The notes under the pieces were generated by a model, which worked only from the letters and a program-made list of their open reading frames with translations, ran no database searches and was not told the origin of the DNA. Below, piece after piece: positions 24,007-36,590 of a stretch of 64,000 nt of DNA. Location of the stretch: assembly GCF_004010195.1 (NCBI RefSeq), contig NC_057749.1, positions 22,478,976 through 22,542,975 on the forward strand. The letters are read 5' to 3'. Made by a program: the position numbers and the translations under genes. The stretch's first letter is position 1. Every line of letters begins with the position of its first letter. Source of the DNA: Chiloscyllium plagiosum (Eukaryota).

Positions 24007-24162
24007 AAGTGTGGCACTGGAAAAGCTCAGCTGGTCAGGCAGCATCCGAGGACAAGGAGAGTCGACGTTTCGGGCATAAGCCCTTTATCTGAAATGATGA
24101 AGAGCCTATGCTCGAAACATTTTGACTCTGATCTCCAGCATCTGCAGTCCTCACATTCTCTG
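24007..24162. mobile_element. PLE family A rearranged fold-back
   Basis: Minus-strand terminus joined to a deleted plus copy; degenerate TSD TTGTTACTTTGCCAC / TTGTCACATTGTCAC. Confidence 0.65.
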
Positions 24163-24572
24163 GGTTGTCACATTGTCACCAGATTCCCCTGACATATCAG
24201 CTGTCTATCTGCTCATCTCTCAATGACCAGCTCTGAGTTACTTTTGTTGCAGGAACACTCCATAATATTTTGTCATTGGAGGCAAGTCAGAGATTCACTT
24301 GGCTAATGGGATGATTTATCGAAATTAGCTTCACTGGACAGAACTTTATTCATTACAGTCTTGTTTCCCCAATCATTTTCTGGCCTTCTCTCCTTTTCTT
24401 CTCTGCACCTCCCCCTCAAAGGACCCTCTGCTCTCAGTCCAGTCTGGTGGTGCTGGTGGCCCGACATGGCACTCTCTTGACCCGGCGTGGCCTCAGCGTG
24501 GACACTTGGCGTCAAGATGATTCCAGAGCGGTCTCCCAACCTCTATAGTCTCAAGGCGCAGTCAGGGGAATC

Positions 24573-24790
24573 GGTGTGGAATGGAGTCAGGGTCCGGTGC
24601 GGCCTGGAGTCAGGGCTGGTGCTGCCTGGAGGCACGGCTCAGTGTGGAATGGAGTCAGGGCACGGTGCGGCCTTGAATCAGGACTGGTGTGGCCTGGAGT
24701 CAGGGCTCGGTGTGGAATGAAGTCAGGGCCCGGTGCGGCCTGGAGTCAGGGCCCGGTGCGGAATGGAACCAGGGCTGCTGTTGCCTGGAG
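24573..24790. repeat. 22-23-bp GC-rich minisatellite, about 9 units
   Basis: GGTGCGGCCTGGAGTCAGGGCCC and GGTGTGGAATGGAGTCAGGG variants interleaved. Confidence 0.9.
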
Positions 24791-25732
24791 GTTAGGTGCC
24801 ATTGTGGACTGGGCAGGAAGGACTGTTATTCTGAACTTTTTATTTCTTTATTTTTCTAATTCTTTTCTCCCTGAGAATGTAGATGTAGGAGTCTGTACCT
24901 AGCCATCGTGAGTGGCGATTCCTCATGTGAGTACATGAGGCAATGAAGCTAATCCTAAATTCTAACTCCACACAGACAAGAATGTACGAGTTAGAAGTTA
25001 CATTTCAGTCGCTCGAATCTGCAGTGCTGTATGGATCAGCTCTTGGTCAATTCGATTGTGGCCTCTACTCCATTTTCCTGTCTCACCCCCACCATGCACA
25101 AATCCTCTGTCGACTTAATCAGTCCCTCAACCTTGAACGACCCAGCCACTGCGGGGGCTGAGGAAAAGAATTCCACAGACCGACAATGCCTCAACAGAAA
25201 AATATTCCTAAGTCCTAAGTGGGAGATCCCTAGGTTTTGAAACTGTGACCCTTCATTCTGGATGACCACAAGAGGAAACATTCTCCTGGCATCACCCAGT
25301 CAATCCCTGCAGGGCAGTTCCTGTTAAGATCCGGCCAGCTTTCTTTTCTTCTGCAGTTACAAGGAGACAGCAAGAGGTGGCAGTGTAGCTCTGAAAACGG
25401 TTATTGAGGTTCCCAAAGGGCAGCTGCAAAGCCCAGTTGGAAAATGTCATTCGGTTAAGCTGTAGCTTACGTGCAATTTGCATTTGCAAAGTCGCAAGTT
25501 GCAAATCTGGCAGCATGCTAAAATCGCGAGGTTTCATTTCGTAATATTTCAGCTCAAACACCTGAGTTGAGCCCAGTGTCACAGATGTCACCCGAGAAGC
25601 TGCTGGGAACCAGGCTTAAGAAAAACACACTGATCTGTTAAGAACACATTCCCAAGTTCCCACGTGGCGACATGACAGCTCAGGGTCGCTAGATGGCTCT
25701 TTCTGTGTTTGACCTGCTGCAGGTAACTCAGT

Positions 25733-26300
25733 GTCATAGAGTCATGCAACACGGAAACAGACCCTTGGGTCCAACTCATCCAAGCCGATCAAGTTCCTCA
25801 AACTACACTAGTTCCATTTGCCTGCCTTTGGCCCATCTCCCTCTAAAAGTGGCCTCACCAATGTTCTATACAACTGCTGCAGTGTGGCATTCCAATTCCT
25901 TTACTCAATGATGCAAGCAATGAAGGCAAGTGTGCTGAATGCCTTCCTTACTGCTCTGTCTGCCTGTGGTGCACATTTCAATGAACTATGTGCCTGAACC
26001 TCTGGGTCTCTATGTTCTACAACAGTATCCAGGGCCCCACCATTAATTGTATAAGTCCTGCCCTTGTTCGTCTTACCAAAATGCAACATCTCGCATTTAT
26101 TTAAATTAAACTCCATTTGCCACACTTCAGCCCTTTGGCGCAAATGATCAAGATCCCATTGTGGTCTTAGATAACCTTCCTCACTGTCGACTACACCACC
26201 AATTTTGGTGTCATCTGCAAACTTACTAGCCCTGTTTCCTATATTCTCATCCAAATCATTTGTATAAATGACAAACGACTGTGGACCCTAATGGATCCCT
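25733..26300 (-). mobile_element. CR1-clade LINE RT fragment with internal deletion
   Basis: ORF 25901..26254 reads SKFADDTKIGGVVDSEEGY...WQMEFNLNKCEMLHFGK. Confidence 0.9.
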
Positions 26301-27299
26301 GCTTGTAAAGGTATCTTTTTAAATCAACTTGTTCAGAGATGTTATGAATCACCTCTGGAGCAGGCGCGACTTGAATCTAGCCCTCCTAGTCCAGAGGTAG
26401 GGTAGCTATCATGGAGGTGAGTCACTGTTATTGCTGCCATGCCCTCTAATCAGCGATAAAACCGGCCATTCTCCTGTTTCTCGGATGCTGCCTGACCTGC
26501 TGTGCTTTTCCAGCACCACACTCTCACCTCTAATCAGGTCCATTACCAACAGTGTAACTGACCAGTGTGACACCTCAGATTATAGAGTTGCAATTCCTCT
26601 TTCCCAGTTGACTGACTGTGTATTTCCAGAGCTGAGAAACGTGATGACAGTCCTCAGTCTGACTAGCAGGAAGGCGACATTGAAGCCTCACCCTCCCGAG
26701 AGACGAAATGGACAAGCACAGAAATGATTTGACCAAAACTACTCAAGTACGAAAGTATCGGTTCCAAAACTGCAGCAGCTGCCCCTTGCTGATCCTGGTT
26801 AATATTGTTACTCCCTGAAGCTTTTAAAGTTCCTATCGAAAAGTCTGCCTTGAATTTTCATTGCCACTCGCTGCTGTCTGATTCTTTCTATCATTGCAAA
26901 GAGGGGAAAAAAAAGCAGCTTGCATTACAGTTGCAAAGTGTCTGTGTCTCTGCCTCAATTGTCAGGTACAATTGTCAGTTTGGAAGAGTGTGGCGCTGGA
27001 AAAGCACAAACGGTCAGGCAGCATCCGAGGAGCAGGAGAATCGACATTTCAGGCATAAGCCCTTCATCTGCAGTGATCACTTTCTCACTCTCCTTTTGGT
27101 CAAACCTGAGAAATATAAATGGTTCCATCCCCAGCACAGAGACAGTGCACTTGTCACAAGTAGTCCCGAACCTATGTCTGACTGGAGAGCTGCTCTACGT
27201 TCTATTCCATGTAATATTGGCACATTCCAGCCTGCCGGTGGGGGCCACAATATCAAACTAACAGGAAATCAAATCAGTGATGCTTCCTCGTGTTTGAGT

Positions 27300-27575
27300 T
27301 AAAGTTTATGAGTTCAAGTCACACTTGAGCCTGTGATACTGGCTGATATTCCAACCCATGATTGAGAGAGCTATCAGAGGAGGGAGTGTTACAATGTCAT
27401 GGGGCCTTTTCTATCTGAGGGGCAGTATGGATCTACACTGTTGGAGGGGCAGTGCAGAGGGAGTGCTGTACTGTCAGAGTGGCAGTACAGATGGAGTATT
27501 GTACCATCACAGACTCTGTACACAGGGAGTGCTGCACTGTCATAGGGGCAGTCTGGAAGGACTGTTGCACTATGA
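27300..27575 (+). repeat. DeuSINE-like head followed by a degenerate tandem repeat of about 33 bp
   Basis: GAGTTCAAGTC B-box-like motif, then repeated GAGGGAGTGCTGCACTGTCA-type units. Confidence 0.55.
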
Positions 27576-27589
27576 GAATGGTAATACCT

Positions 27590-28445
27590 CATTTTACTCT
27601 TTCACAGCATATGAGCATCACTGGCAAATGGTGTTGTCCCCATGTATCGACTGCCCTTCCCCTTCTCGATGGTAGAGGTCATGGGGTTTGGATGGACATT
27701 TATTGCCCATCCTATTGAGGAGGTGGTTGTGAGATGCCTTACTGAATGGTACACATGCAACCTCAATGCTGGTTAAAAAGGGAGTTCTCAGTTTAGGACA
27801 GAGTGACAATGAAGGAAGAGTGAAATATTTTCAAGCCAGGATGAGTCTGAGGAGAGCCTGCAGATACTTGCATTCCCACATGCCTGCTGTCCTTGGATAG
27901 TAGAGGCTGTAGGGTTGGAAACTGATGAAGCCCTCGTGAGTGAGATGGTGCACACTGCTGTCACTGTGTGCCTGTCATGGAAGGTGATGCTGGATGCTAA
28001 CCAAATTCGCTGTCTTGTCCCAGATGCTGTCAAGCTTCTCGAGTGTTGTTGGAGCTGCACCCATCCAGATATGTGGGGAGTATCCCATCACACTCCTGAC
28101 TTGTGCCTTGTAGATGGTGGAGAGACTCTGGGGCGTCAGGAAGTGAGTTACATTCCGTAGAATTCCTAGCCTCTGATCTGCTCTTGTAGCCACTGTGTTT
28201 ATAAGGGCTGATTCAGTTATTTTCTGGTCAATGACAACTTCCAAGGTGCGGATCATTGGATAAGATCACTGAATGTCAAGGGGAGATGGTTAGACTCTCT
28301 CCTGTTGGACGAACCCATTGCCTGACACTTGTGTGGTGCGAATATTGCTTGCCATTGATCAACCCGAGCTGGCTGTTGTCTGGGTCTTGCTGCAACGAGA
28401 GTTGAGCCGCTTTGAGTCATTAATGACACTCAACATGGTGCATTC
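27590..28445 (-). mobile_element. L2/Crack-like LINE 3' portion
   Basis: ORF 27975..28256 reads QRLGILRNVTHFLTPQSLSTIYKAQVRSVMGYSP; homologous to 44580-45850. Confidence 0.75.
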
Positions 28446-28522
28446 ATCGACAAGCCCTTTAAACTGATTTGTTCATGGGATGTGTGGGCATCACTGGCTA
28501 GGTGAGCATTTATGACCCACCC

Positions 28523-28717
28523 AAATGAGCTGCCAGAGGAAGTGGTGGAGGCTGGTACGACTGCAACATTTGAAAGGCATTTGGATGGGTATATGAATAG
28601 GAAGGGTTTGGAGGGATATGGGCCGGGTGCTGGCAGATGGGACAAGATTGGGTTGGCATATCTGGTCGGCATGGACCGAAGGGTCTGTTTCTGTGCTGTA
28701 CATCTCTATGACTCTAT
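28523..28717 (+). mobile_element. CR1-clade LINE 3' fragment inserted in an L2/Crack-like tail
   Basis: NELPEEVVEAGTTATFERHLDGYMN plus TCTATGAC tail. Confidence 0.85.
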
Positions 28718-28997
28718 ACTGACCTGAAGAGGTTGACGCTGAGCTGGCTTGTTGAACGGTTGCAATACTTGGGGATGTCAGCACACCCACAATGCTCTGA
28801 GAGAGTTCCGTGATTTTGACCAATGACAGCACTGGGAAGATAACATCGTTTTGAGACCATGTGACTTGGAAGGAACTTGCAGGTGGGGTTATCTCCATGT
28901 ATCGACTGCCTTTCTTGATGGTAGTGGTCAAGGGGTTTGGACGGGGTTTCAAAGAGTCTTGGTGAATTATTGCCGTGTATCTTGTCCGTGGAGCAAT

Positions 28998-29314
28998 TGT
29001 AACAAGGTCAGCCAGGTGGACCTCACAGAATATGAGTTCCCTGATTGGGGGCTGTTAATCTGGACTAATTAGAGAGCCCCGGCTGACATACGGAGTCGAG
29101 AGTGTGGTGCTGGAAAAGCACAGCATCCTTAGATGCTGCCTGACCTGCTGTGCTTTTCCAGCACCACACTCTCGAGTCTGATCTCCAGCATCTGCAGTTC
29201 TCACTTTCTCCTATAAGGACAGGAGTGTCAGGGGAGGTTCTGTTCACTCAGAGAGCTGGATCAGTGGCAAAGATTCTCCACAAGTAAATAAAGGGGGACT
29301 TATGAGTTATTTCA
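28998..29314 (+). mobile_element. Solo-LTR-like repeat interrupted by a PLE family A fold-back (29093-29212)
   Basis: TGTAACAAGG...AATAAA...GAGTTATTTCA; homologous to 23559-23740. Confidence 0.6.
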
Positions 29315-29319
29315 GTGGA

Positions 29320-30180
29320 GTTACCTTAGTACGCACTGCTGAGCATCAGTGGTGGAGGAAGTGAATCGTGTTGGATGGGGTACAGATCAGGTGGGATGCT
29401 TTTCTGTAGATGGTGTCAAGCTTCTTGAGATACACTCATCCCTTGTATTTCACTGGATTCTGATTTGAGCTTTGTGGATGGCGGATAGGCTTTAGGGAGG
29501 CAGGAGTGGAGTTACTTGCCTCTGACCTGCTCTTGCAGCCATCGTGTTATACGGCTGGTTCAGTTCAGTTTCTGGCCAATGGTAACCCCTAGGATGCTGA
29601 TGATGGGAGACTTGGGTGAAAGGGGTGGTGGTTAGATTCCGTTGTTTAGAATATGGTCATTACCTGGCACCATGCGGCTTGAAAGTTACTTGCTGTATCA
29701 GGCCAAATCTAGATATTGTCCAGGTCTGGGTCAAACGGGACAGGAGGATTTCAGTGTCTGAGGAGTCGTGAATGGTGCTAAATACTGTGCAATCATCGGT
29801 ACACAACCCTCTGTCTGACCTTATGATGAAGCAGCTGAAGGTAGTTGGGCCTAGGACACTACCCTGAGGAACTTCTGCAGAGACATCCTGGAGCTGAGAT
29901 GATTGACCTCCAACAACCACAACTGTCGTCCTATATGCCAGGTAGGACGCCAACCAGCAGAGAGTTTACCCGGATTCCCCAATGACTCCAGTTTTGCTCG
30001 GGCTCCTAGATGCCACACTCTCCTCTCTCCCCTGGAATTCAGCGGAGTGGCCCTAGCAGAACCCAAACTGCACGACTCTGAGCAGGTTACTGCTGAGCAG
30101 GTGTCGCTTGGTAACACTGGTGGCCTCTTCCATTTCTTTGCTGATGAATGAGTGTAGACTGAATGGGCAGTAAATTGGGT
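29320..30180 (-). mobile_element. L2/Crack-like LINE RT fragment (degenerate)
   Basis: ORF 29660..29953 reads [32 protein letters not shown]...DDCTVF. Confidence 0.75.
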
Positions 30181-30557
30181 CTGTCCTAAAAACAGAAATG
30201 GCTGGAGAAACTCAGCAGGCCTGGCAGAATCAATGGGAAGAAAGCAGAGCTAATATTTCAAATCCAGTGACTTTTCATCAGTGGCTTCTCCCTCCAGATT
30301 GAGCCACAGGAGGAAACACCCTCTGACATTATCAATCGCATCTTATTCACCTCAACTACATCTCCTCTCATTTATTCAAACACCAGAGAGTACAGGCCTA
30401 AACTGCTCAATCTCTCTTCAAAAGACAAACTCCTCAACCTCTGGAATTAATTCAGTGAACCTTTTTTGGAACTGTCTCCAATACAACTACATCCCTTTTC
30501 AAGCAAAGGGACCAAAAGATGTACAGATCCACAGATGCGATCTCACTAATACCTCAC

Positions 30558-30782
30558 GATTTGGAGGTGCCGGTGTTGGACTGGGGTGGACAAAGTTAAA
30601 AATCATACAGCACCAGTTTATAGTCCAACAGGTTTATTTGGAAGCACTAGCTTTCGGAGCGCCGCTCCTTCATCAAGTGGTAGTGGGTCACAACCAAACG
30701 ATGAAGGAGCGTCACTCTGAAAGCTAGTGTGCTTCTGATTAAACCTGTTGGACTATAACCTGGTGCTGTGTGATTTTTTTAA
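30558..30782. mobile_element. PLE family B fold-back with TSD
   Basis: Exact 13-bp TSD CTCACTAATACCT at 30542-30554 and 30783-30795; inserted in a CR1 remnant. Confidence 0.85.
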
Positions 30783-31722
30783 CTCACTAATACCTGGTAC
30801 AATTGCAGTGACACTTTCATACTCTGTTCCTTTTGCAATAAATGCTGAAATTGCACTTGCTTTCTTCAGTGTCCTGCTCATTACTTTTCCCTCAATCAAC
30901 ATCATTAAAAACAGATTAACTGATGATTATGTTTGTGCCACCTTGCTGTGTACTAATTGCCTACAGTCCAACTGTGATCACTCTTCCAAAAAGTATCTCT
31001 TTAGTTGTGGTTCACTTCGAGAGATCTTGAGATTCTGCAAAATGCTGTGTCAGTGAAAGCTATTTCTCATTTTTGTTTTCCACGACTGAAATTTCATGAC
31101 TTTCAATAAAGAGCCCAACTGTCAACTCAGATCAATCAGCATCTATCATTTGAATCAAAATATTCAGTAAGTATGCGTCATTTGGTGTGAATTGAACTGA
31201 CAGTGTGTGTACGAAATATAATCAGGACATTCTCTCGTGTTCCTGTTGATACAGCTCGGGTTTAGTCGGTTGGAGAGAATTTACCAACTTGCATCACAAC
31301 CATTGAGCCCACTGTAACCTCTATTCCTTCTCCATAATGTTTCCTTTTCAGCAGCACAGCAATAACGTCACTGGATTGGCGATCCAGAAAGACATGATAA
31401 TGTTTCGGGGGTGCAGGTCACCACTGATTGAACTTCACGTCAATAAATGCTCCTGGAGTATAACACTAATCTCAGTGACATTGAAAGCTTCGATTGCTGG
31501 CCGTTTGTTAACGTCCCATAGGGAACGAAAATTGGCCCTACTTATTGATCTGATTCACAGCCATGTGGATAACTCTTCATTGCATCATTTCAGAAGACAA
31601 AGTTCAAGGGAAGGGCAGGAAAGATTGGTTTTGCCAATGATGCCCACATCCATTAAAAAATTAAAAATAAATTATCTATTGAACTGCCTCTTAGAAGATC
31701 ATGCTCAACCTGTTCCCACCTT

Positions 31723-32055
31723 TCATAGAATCCTTACAGTGTGGAAGCAGGCCATTTGGCCCATTGAGTCTGTACTGACCCTCTGAAGGGAACCCCCACC
31801 CAGACCTTTACCCTATATTTCCCATGGTTAATCCACCTAGCCTACACATCTCTGGACACTATGGATAATTTAGCATGGCCAGCCTATCTAATCCTGCACA
31901 CCTTTGGACAATGGGAGGAACCTGGAGCATTTGGAGGAAACCCAAGCAGACATGGGGAGAAAGTACAACCCCTCCCCCCAGTCACCCGAGGGTGGAATCG
32001 AACCCAGGTATCTGGTACTAGTGGGCATTAGTGCTAATCACTGAGCCAGCATGCC
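31723..32055 (-). mobile_element. HE1-type V-SINE
   Basis: Minus-strand head, V-domain and tail. Confidence 0.8.
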
Positions 32056-32335
32056 ATCGCCACTTACATGCTATGCAATCCAGATCTTAAGAAATGACTG
32101 TGTAAAACCAGTTCTCATAACCCCCACTCTGATTCTTTAGCTCATGACCTTTAACCTGCATCATCTGATTTATCTCATTGGCAGTACTGACTCTGTTAAA
32201 ATCCTTCATAACCTCAAAAGCAGGAATTGCTGAAGAAACTCTGGCCACGGCTGCGGAGAAAGCAACAGAGCTAACATTTCGAGTCCAGTGACCCTTCTAT
32301 GGAATATGTTGGCTGTTCCACTTGATGTTGGCTCA

Positions 32336-32579
32336 TTCTGGATTAGTGCTGGAAGAGCACAGCAGTTCAGGCAGCATCCAAGGAGCTTCGAAATCGACGT
32401 TTCGGGCAAAAGCCCTTCATCAGGAATAAAGGCAGTGAGCCTGGAGCGTGGAGAGATAAGCTAGAGGAGGGTGGGGGTGGGGAGAAAGTCCCTTGGATGC
32501 TGCCTGAACTGCTGTGCTCTTCCAGCACCACTATCCAGAATCTGGTTTCCAGCATCTGCAGTCATTGCTTTTTACCTCG
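32336..32579. mobile_element. PLE family A fold-back with TSD
   Basis: Near-perfect inverted arms; TTGATGTTGGCTCA (32322-32335) / TTGATTTTGGCTCA (32580-32593). Confidence 0.85.
32392..32427 (-). ncRNA. Minimal hammerhead ribozyme motif (family A), intact core
   Basis: Minus strand reads ATTC-CTGATGA-A-GGGC-TTTT-GCCC-GAAA-CG-TC-GATT. Confidence 0.75.
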
Positions 32580-33319
32580 TTGATTTTGGCTCAGTTTTAA
32601 CATTGCAATCTTGTGCAGTTAGCAGCTGTATTTCAAAAGGCAGATTATTCTTCAAGGGATCTGCCCCTGATGGAGAATACACAAATGTTCCCAAAGGTCT
32701 CCTTTTTTAAGTGGACGTTTCATAATAAGCTGCAAAGAGAAACTTTACTGTTTTCTTTCAGTTTAGAAATCAAACAAGTCAAAAGGGAATAAAATATAGT
32801 CAGACAAGCCTCTGAATTATTGAGTGTACGTTAAGTGGCTATCAAGAACACATCGCACCATAACTCGCTGTAAAATCCTGGTCAACAATCAAAACCTCAA
32901 ATTTCATTTTATATGCTTTGGGTTACGAAACTGAGTAACTCTGCATTTCCACTGCTTGATCGAAAGTGCCTTCTATTTAGAGGAGTAAGCTGATGCAAAG
33001 AGTTATCAAAATGTAAAGGGTGTTTTGATAGCATGAACACCTGCCCCTCCAACTCTCCCCCCTCCCTGTCTTCTGAGGCATATACTAGCCCATCTCCTTA
33101 GGGGAGGCTGATGGGTCTGTGTGTGATGCAGGTGCATCTTTCACTCACCAACACGCAAGTGCATTCCCTGTCCACAAAACCTCACATCCTGTTATTATAT
33201 TCTGATCATACTTTGGTGTTAGCTATTTGCCTTTCACATCTTGTTATGTCCACATCGATCATGGGAAGTGCCCCTAATAGCACCTGAGGGAAAGTGTACA
33301 TGTGCAACATATTACTATG

Positions 33320-34100
33320 GGGTGTATGTATGTGTGTGTGTATATGAGGGAGTGTGTGTATGAGGGAGTGTGTGTATGAGGGAGTGTGTGTATGAGGGAG
33401 CGTGTGTATGTGATAGATCGTGTCTGTGTATGAGAGAGAGTGAGAGTGTGTCTCTGTGTGTGAGAGAGAGTGTATGCCTGTGTGCGTGAGTGGTTGTGTG
33501 TGTCTTTGAGGATATGTACGTGTGTGTGTGTATGTTTATGTGTGAAATAGTGTGTGTGAGAGAGAGAATGTGTGTGTATACATATGAGTATGTTTGTGTG
33601 TGAGACAGTGTNNNNNNNNNNNNNNNNNNNNNNNNNNNNNNNNNNNNNNNNNNNNNNNNNNNNNNNNNNNNNNNNNNNNNNNNNNNNNNNNNNNNNNNNN
33701 NNNNNNNNNNNNNNNNNNNNNNNNNNNNNNNNNNNNNNNNNNNNNNNNNNNNNNNNNNNNNNNNNNNNNNNNNNNNNNNNNNNNNNNNNNNNNNNNNNNN
33801 NNNNNNNNNNNNNNNNNNNNNNCTGTGTGTGTGAGAGTATGTGTGTGAGAGTGAGAGAGAGAGTGTGTGTGTGTTGTGTGCGTGTGTGAGGGTGTGTTGT
33901 GTGCGTGTGTGCGTGTGTGAGGTGTGTGAGAATGTGTGAGAGTGCATGAGTGGATATATGAGTGAGTATGAAAGAGCATGTGTGTGTTTGTGAGAGTGAG
34001 AGTTTGAGTTTGTAAGAGAGTGTGAGTGTGAGTATGAATGTGTGAGAGTGTGAGTGGGTGTATGAGTGAGTGTGTGTGTTTGTGTGTGAGAGAGTGTGTT
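33320..34100. repeat. Compound (TG)n/(AG)n microsatellite spanning an assembly gap
   Basis: Low-complexity TG/AG; N run at 33612-33822. Confidence 0.95.
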
Positions 34101-34239
34101 GAGATTGCAAACTGTTTGTTCCATTCTGTGTGTAGTGGGAGTCCTGTTACCATCACATTGTCAGCTTGGTGCAGTGTGGCAGTTTAAATTGATGTGCAGA
34201 ATTTCTACAAAGATTGCTGACGAAGCTGTAAAGGATGAA

Positions 34240-34380
34240 TCAACCTGGCTACTTTGATAAGTGAGGAAACCACATGCTGTCCTACAAAGGCAGGTGTCTC
34301 TGAGGAAACAGAAAGGGCAGCTTCATATCACTGCAGCTGATCTGTGCTCGCTGCCGTGCGCTTCCTGTGTTCGAGTGCTC
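34240..34380. promoter_or_regulatory. Candidate haematopoietic/immune enhancer motif cluster
   Basis: TGATAA 34255, GAGGAA 34263, AACCACA 34268, CAGGTG 34291, GAAACAGAAA 34305, CAGCTG 34334, CTTCCTGT 34361. Confidence 0.3.
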
Positions 34381-34534
34381 TGATGAACTTGCCTGCACTG
34401 CAGTTACCATGGCAGCACACTGACAGTGCAGCTCATTCCTGGGAATCTGAAAGTCGCACTCATTCATTCCACCACCTCTGTGAATGGGAACACATGGTAC
34501 TCCTTACCTCTCCTGCACCGCCAACAGCAGGGTT

Positions 34535-34790
34535 AGAGAGTGAGTGAGTGAGTGAGTGAGTGAGTGAGTGAGTGAGTGAGAGAGAGAGAGTGCATGTGTG
34601 AGAGTGTCTATGTGTGTGTAAGAGAGTGTGTGTCGTGAGAGTGTGAGAGTGTGTGTGGGTATCTGTGAGAGAGAGAGAGAGAGAGAGAGTGCGAGTGAGT
34701 GAGAGAGAGTGTGTGTGTATCTGTGTGTGACAGTGTATGCGTGAGAGTGTGTGAGCGTGTGCATCTGTCTGTATGTGAGAGTGTGTGGAG
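34535..34790. repeat. (GAGT)n/(GA)n/(GT)n microsatellite
   Basis: Direct inspection. Confidence 0.95.
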
Positions 34791-35599
34791 AATTTGGAGG
34801 GAATGTGGAGATCACTCTGAGCACAGCATCCCCCAGGAGTGAGCTTTCCATGGGATAGAGGGACAGGGATTGTGTGCCAGTCTCCTGCCACCTCCACCTT
34901 TCCCTGCGAACTGGAATGTGTGATGGCCTCTCTGAAACCCACAGGGATAAGCTCAAACTTCCTGGACACACAACCCACTTCGGGCTGACTCCAATCCGAA
35001 GTCACTCAGCTGAGCCAGGAGATGCACACGCACAAGGAGAGCACATCCTGGACACCAGCATCTCACTTCTCCCCAGTTTCCTCCTCTCCTTTCCACTCCA
35101 AACTATCTCTTTACTGTCAATCGGAACCAGAATCAGACACAGAGTGCATCACTTTCACTGTGGATGCACTCCTCTCTCAGCTTCAGGGTGGAATTCAACA
35201 TCAGTCATGTCTTCAAAACCCTTCCCATGGTGTTACCCCAATGCAGTAATCTTCCTGATCATATGTCCCACTTCAACTCCACTATATTTCTTAGTCTGGA
35301 TTCTCCTTCACCGTTCTCTCGACCTCGTTGTCGACTTCTGTCTGCCCTTCTCTGCCTTTGGTAATTTTATCCCAAATCACTTCCTTCTCTTTCTCTACCC
35401 TCTGATGGTGAAAATCTGGGGGTTGGAACACCAATGAGCCTGGTGTTTTGTCATTAATGCATCAAATGGAGAGTGTCAGAATCATGGAGATCTACAGCAC
35501 ATCCAGCATTCTCTACATCTCCCTACCTTGCTCTTTGCACTAACACATACTGTTTCTGAATTCACCTTATCTCATTTTGGAAAGCCTCCCACTTTCCAA

Positions 35600-36590
35600 C
35601 CATGCAAACAGCCTCTCCCAATCAACTTTTGAAAGTTCCTGCCTAATACCATTAAAATTGGCCTTATGCCAATGTCAAACTTTAACTTTTAGAACAGGTC
35701 TATCCTTTTCCATCGCTAATTTAAAACTAATAGAATTATAGTCGCTGGCCCAAAGTGCTCCCCCACTGATACCTCAGTCATTTTGCCCTGGCTTATTTCC
35801 CAAGGGAAAGTTTTGATCCTGCTCTAGTAGATACATCCACATGTTGAATAAGAAATGTTCTTATACACACTTAACAAACTCCCCTCTAACTAAGCCCTTT
35901 ACATTATGGCAGTCCTAATCTATGAAGGGAAAGTTAAAATCTTCTTTCATTATAACCTTACTTTTCTTCTTGATATCTGAAATTTTCATATTCGCTTTTC
36001 AATTTCCCGCTGACTATTAGGGAACCTACAGTACAGTCACAACAAGGTGATCATCCCCTTCCTATTTCTTACTTCCACTGGTGCAACTTCATTGGACGAT
36101 CACCCAGGAATATCCTCCCTAAGTACAGCTGTAATGTTATCCTTAACCAAAAATGCCACTCCCCTTCCTCTCATTCCTCCCCTTCTATCCTTCCTGTAGC
36201 ATCAAGACCCCGGAACATTAAGCTGCCAGTCCTGTCCATCCCTGAGCCACTTCTCTGTGATTGCTGTGATATCCTAGTCCCACGTTCCCAAACACTGAGC
36301 CCTAAGTTCATCTGCCTTCCCTGTCAGGCTTCTTCCACTGGAATAAATGCAGTTTAACTTAGCAGTCCTATCTCATTCTCTGCCTTGTTCTAGCCTCCCT
36401 TGATTAGTTAAACTTGCTCCTTTTCTCTACTGTACTAGTCGTAAACTTCTCTTTTCTCACTATCTCTTTGGTTCTCTCCCCAATCCCCTCCTTCACCTGA
36501 CTAGCATAACACCTCCTGATTAGCACTAGCAAATCTCCCCACAAAGATAGTAGTCCCTTTACAATTGAGGTGGAACCCTATCCCTCTCAT
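35600..36590 (-). mobile_element. CR1-clade LINE 5' ORF2 region (APE endonuclease), degenerate
   Basis: Minus strand reads LNCIYSSGRSLTGKADELRA at about 36355 and a frameshifted GEHF..SDYNSISF (SDH motif) at about 35740. Confidence 0.75.

Noticed and set aside
33274..34156. Long His/Thr-rich ORFs (up to 278 aa)
   Set aside because: Translations of TG/CA microsatellite running through an N gap.
34874..35437. 187-aa plus-strand ORF
   Set aside because: Driven by pyrimidine-rich low-complexity sequence; no motif or splice support.
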